DNA from: Eledone cirrhosa
Lineage: Eukaryota
DNA length: 64,000 nucleotides
NCBI GenBank assembly: GCA_964016885.1
Contig: OZ024753.1
Span: forward strand, 40,424,001-40,488,000
Direction: 5' to 3'
This document shows, piece after piece, positions 59,961-64,000 of this stretch (the first letter of the stretch is position 1; each line of letters opens with the position of its first letter). The position numbers and the translations under genes were made by a program. The notes under the pieces were generated by a model. That model saw nothing but the letters and a program-made list of their open reading frames with translations, did not search any database and was not told the origin of the DNA.

Positions 59961-61110
59961 TAAAGATATATAACGATCTACAAGTATTCAGTTACGTAAA
60001 TGTGATTAAATGTTGAAAGATATAATCACGAGTAAAACCAAGAGAATAAAAGTAAATGTAATAATGTAGAGAGTTTCAACGTCAGAGCGGAACAGTCTAG
60101 AAATCAATTAGATATCGTATTGTAATAGATATTGTTATTTTGTGCAGTGGAGCGTCTATAACGGATTATCTCTATAGAGGATAGATACCTGATACAGAGT
60201 AGCTAGGCTTGGACTTCCTCTATTGCTGAAACATACACACACACACAGAGACACAGGCACATACACACAGAGACACAGGCACACACACACACAGACACAG
60301 GCACAGACACAGAGACACAGGCACACACACACAGAGACACAGGCACAGACATACACATACATACACAGAGACACAGGCACACACACACAGAGACACAGGC
60401 ACAGACACAGAGACACAGGCACACACACAGAGACACAGGCACACACTCTCACACACATAAACACGGAGACAGACACACACTCTCTCTCACACACACACAC
60501 ACACATGCACAGACGCAGACGCACACGTACACAGGCACACACTCTCACACATATACACACACACACAGACGCAGACACACACGGAGACAGACACAGGCAC
60601 ACACTCTCACACACATACACACACACACCTGCACAGACGCAGACACACACGGAGACACACAGAGACACAGGCACACACTCTTACACACACATGCACAGAC
60701 GCAGACACACACGTACACAGACACACACGGAGACACACAGAGACACAGGCACACACTCTCACACACATACACACACACACACACATGTACAGACGTAGAC
60801 ACACACGTACACAGACACACACTCTCTCACACACACATGCGCAGACACAGACACACACGTACACAGACACACACGGAGACACACACTCTCACACACACAC
60901 ACATGCGCAGACACAGACACACACGTACACAGACACACACTCTCACACACACACACATGCATACACATATATAGGCACGTATACACACACAGGAGTTGAG
61001 ACTGATAGATAGTATTAGCAACTAGAAAGACCAATGGCAACATCGTTTCCTCGGTCCGATTTGACGAAAGTCGATCGACTGTCGATCTATATATATATAT
61101 ATATATATAT

Positions 61111-61320
61111 ATAGGAACGAGTAGGACCCCGACGGCTGAGCTCAAGCCGTTTCGACGGCTAATTCTGGACGCTAATTCTGAGTCCAGACTTAGCCGTCGA
61201 AACGGGTTGAGCTCAGCCGTCGGGGTCCTACTCGTTCCTATTACCCACTCTACTACCCTAAGTATTGAGTACTTTGGTGCGTTATGGTCCATCTGGTTCC
61301 TTACCACATTTCCTTCGTTA
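61111..61320 (+). mobile_element. Family B element, full length
   Basis: Palindrome plus a tail ending cttcgtta(TA)n. Confidence 0.92.
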
Positions 61321-61340
61321 TATATATATATATTTCCTTA

Positions 61341-61525
61341 TGGATTCGCAATCGTGAGGTTGTGAGTTCGATTTCCGGACCGGGCGATGCGTTATGTCCT
61401 TGAACAAGACACTTTATTTCACGTTGCTCCTTCTACCTGGAGTTGCGACCGATAGATAGTATTAGAAATTGGAAAGACCAACGGAAACATTGTTTCCTCG
61501 GTCCGATTTGACGAAAGTCGATCGT
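61341..61525 (+). mobile_element. CORE-like SINE (tail also at 61003-61080)
   Basis: gagttcgatttcc B box, tccttgaacaagacactttatttcac and tail gtttcctcggtccgatttgacgaaagtcgatcg. Confidence 0.75.
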
Positions 61526-61905
61526 TCCTTTGTATATGTTTTATTACATCTATTAAAATGTAACTCTGTACTGCATATCTATGTCAGATCATACATTTTT
61601 TTCTTTTCTCTTTATGCTTTGATTTTCCTTTCCGTCTATAGAAAGTAACTTTACTGAACAAATACGTTGCAACAGTTTGCATTCTCCGCTGCATAATAAT
61701 GCACACCTTTCCTTTTATTCATTTATTTGTATTTCCAGTTTTGTTGTTTTCTTTCGTCTCCTCCTTTATTTATATATTTATATATTGTATACTTTACTAT
61801 TGACTTTTGTATTGTACAAGTTGTCACTCCTTTTCAGGTTGAGGTGACCAGAAAACTACTACTACTACTACTACTACAACTATTACTACTACTACTACTA
61901 CTACA

Positions 61906-61936
<31 letters not shown>

Positions 61937-61967
61937 ATACTACTACTACTACTGCGAGTATTTTTTC

Positions 61968-62105
61968 AAGGCGATGAGTTGGCAAAGTCGAGAGAAGAAC
62001 GGAAAGATGCTTTGCAGTATATGTTCCGGCTCTTTGACTACTAAGTTCAAATGAAACCGATAAAACATATTCTTTCCAGCCCTTCTGTGTCGATAAAATA
62101 CCTGT
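61968..62105 (+). mobile_element. Older-subfamily SINE
   Basis: ggcgatgagttggcaaag...aagttcaaatg...gtcgataaaata. Confidence 0.55.
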
Positions 62106-62751
62106 CACCTACTAACGGTTGTTTCCCTTCACTCTGTTGGAAACAACTACGTCATGAGCTGCAACGTGAATGCTCTACTAACCCTTATAGAACCCTTTTG
62201 TGGACGGGACGAGAATAAACCTGATTTTGTTTCGTTACTGTTAGGTTTATAACTTGTTTTCATTAGACATCCAAGGTCTTGCTTATATTTTGTGTATTAA
62301 TTGTATTTCTACGTAATATGTGTGCAATACCTAATAGAGTATTATATAGACAAGATCCCAGACTTCCTTTGCTTACAGAATGAGGTCGAGTTTATATCAT
62401 ATTGGAACAAGGAAAGTCTTTTAAGGAAGCGCTACCTGAAACCTATTATTAATAATAGACACGCAGATATGTGGGGTGTACTAACTTGACTTAACTATTG
62501 TGTTCCAATCTCTGTTTGTGCATGGGTTAATTTTCTTGATTTTTATATCATATCTTGTGTTAATTATTTTGTGATTCATAAAAATGCTATACTTATTTCA
62601 TGTTTTGCCAAATTAATCTATCCATTGTGTAACGTCCTTGACCTTACCAGCTGTGAAATAAAGTGAAATTTAATCAACCTTACCCAACCCACACATTTTA
62701 TAGCCATTTGTATGTTTTAAGAATCCATAGCTTGCTGTTTATTCAATATTT

Positions 62752-63108
62752 CTGACGCCATGCTTTGCAGCAAAGAGTTACGGCCCTTTATAGCCTAATT
62801 TCAAATCCCGCCGAGGTTAACTTTGTCTTTCCTCCTTACAGGTTCGATAAAATGAAGTACCAGTAATACACTGGGATAATTGCTGGCCTTGTGCCAAAAG
62901 TAGAAACAATTATTATGGTGGTGGATTGGCGGTATCGGTAGAGGGTCGGACGCAATGCTTTGCAGCAAAGAGTTACGGTCCTTTACGGTCTGAGTTCAAA
63001 TCCCGCCGAGGTTAACTTTGCTTTTCATCCTTACGGGGGCGATAAATCAAAGTACCAGTAATACACTGGAATAATTGCTGGCCTTCTGTCTATAATAGAA
63101 ATCATTAA
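62752..63108 (+). mobile_element. Two tandem major SINEs
   Basis: 62752-62914 (truncated) and 62917-63108 (full length). Confidence 0.9.
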
Positions 63109-63152
63109 TATGGTGCATTGGCAGAACCTCTAAAGCACTGGATACTCTAGAT

Positions 63153-63854
63153 CACAGGTTCTCAACCCATTTAGGCCAAACGTCCCGTTTTGTCCTTCGA
63201 AAGCACGACCCCCCCTCCCCCTATTTTTCCATTTTTCAATATACTACTGATTTTTATATCAGTAGATTACTAAAAAATTGATTAACAATATTCCAAAGAT
63301 GTGTGTATTACCTGCTTATATGTTGTATGTGGTCCTAGATGTGTGCGCTACTCGCTTCTGCTTTTCTTTTCTTTTTTTTATTTGTAATATTATTTATACA
63401 ATAGGGAATAAAATAGATCTACATAGTGTTAACTCGTTGCGGCTGAGTCAATAATTTCAGACATGAAATACATTGTTATCGGTGAAGGAAAGATAAGATT
63501 CTAACTGGCTGCACTCAAAGTGTCTTTGACCCAGTTGACTGTGGGTTTTTCCATTTTTAGGATCTCAGTTACCGGTTAACGTCTCAATTACCGGACATGC
63601 CTTCACACCTGCTCACAGCTGCGGTTAGACTATAGTTATGCTGTCTGCAAGCTCATTCAAATGCATTCACACTGGCTGTCTCAAAGACATACAAATATGG
63701 CTTATAAAACTTACCAAAATAAAGAGCCTTCCAGCGTCCCCTAGCCCCCCTCCCCCAGCTCCAAACGCCCCCCTTACGCGACCTTGCTCCGAAACGCCCC
63801 CTGGAGTTCCGAAACGCCCCCGGGGGTGCATATGACCCCCGTTGAGAACCTTTG
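63153..63854. mobile_element. Non-autonomous hAT (Charlie-like) transposon with an 8-bp TSD
   Basis: TIRs CACAGGTTCTCAAC / GTTGAGAACCTTTG and TSD CTCTAGAT at 63145-63152 and 63855-63862. It appears nested in a degenerate SINE. Confidence 0.9.
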
Positions 63855-64000
63855 CTCTAGATCCCAGTGAAACTCCTGTTTTTCTGTGTTCTGAGATTTA
63901 ATCCAACCGAGGTTGATTTTACTTTAGGAATATTCAAGTTTGATAATATAAAGTAGTAGTAATAACCCAGAATCCATACAATATACCAAATTCAAAACAC

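Overview
AT-rich, extremely microsatellite-dense eukaryotic DNA, most likely an octopod cephalopod (inferred from SINE types and repeat landscape). No confidently identifiable host gene is present, and nearly all ORFs in the track are translations of (TA)n/(CA)n/trinucleotide repeats. The non-simple sequence is mostly transposon-derived: more than 20 copies of a ~190-bp tRNA-headed SINE, CORE-type SINE pieces, RTE and Tx1/L1 LINE 3' fragments, and hAT, piggyBac and Tc1/mariner MITEs. The most striking signal is at least seven unrelated short element families sitting inside or beside (TA)n tracts. They carry complete or half hammerhead-ribozyme (HHR) motifs of the minimal Penelope-like type and often form DNA palindromes. 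The fold-back point usually coincides with an HHR helix or with the (TA)n tract, and the arms covary copy by copy, suggesting the hairpin is regenerated at each insertion. All calls were made by eye, so boundaries are approximate to a few bp.
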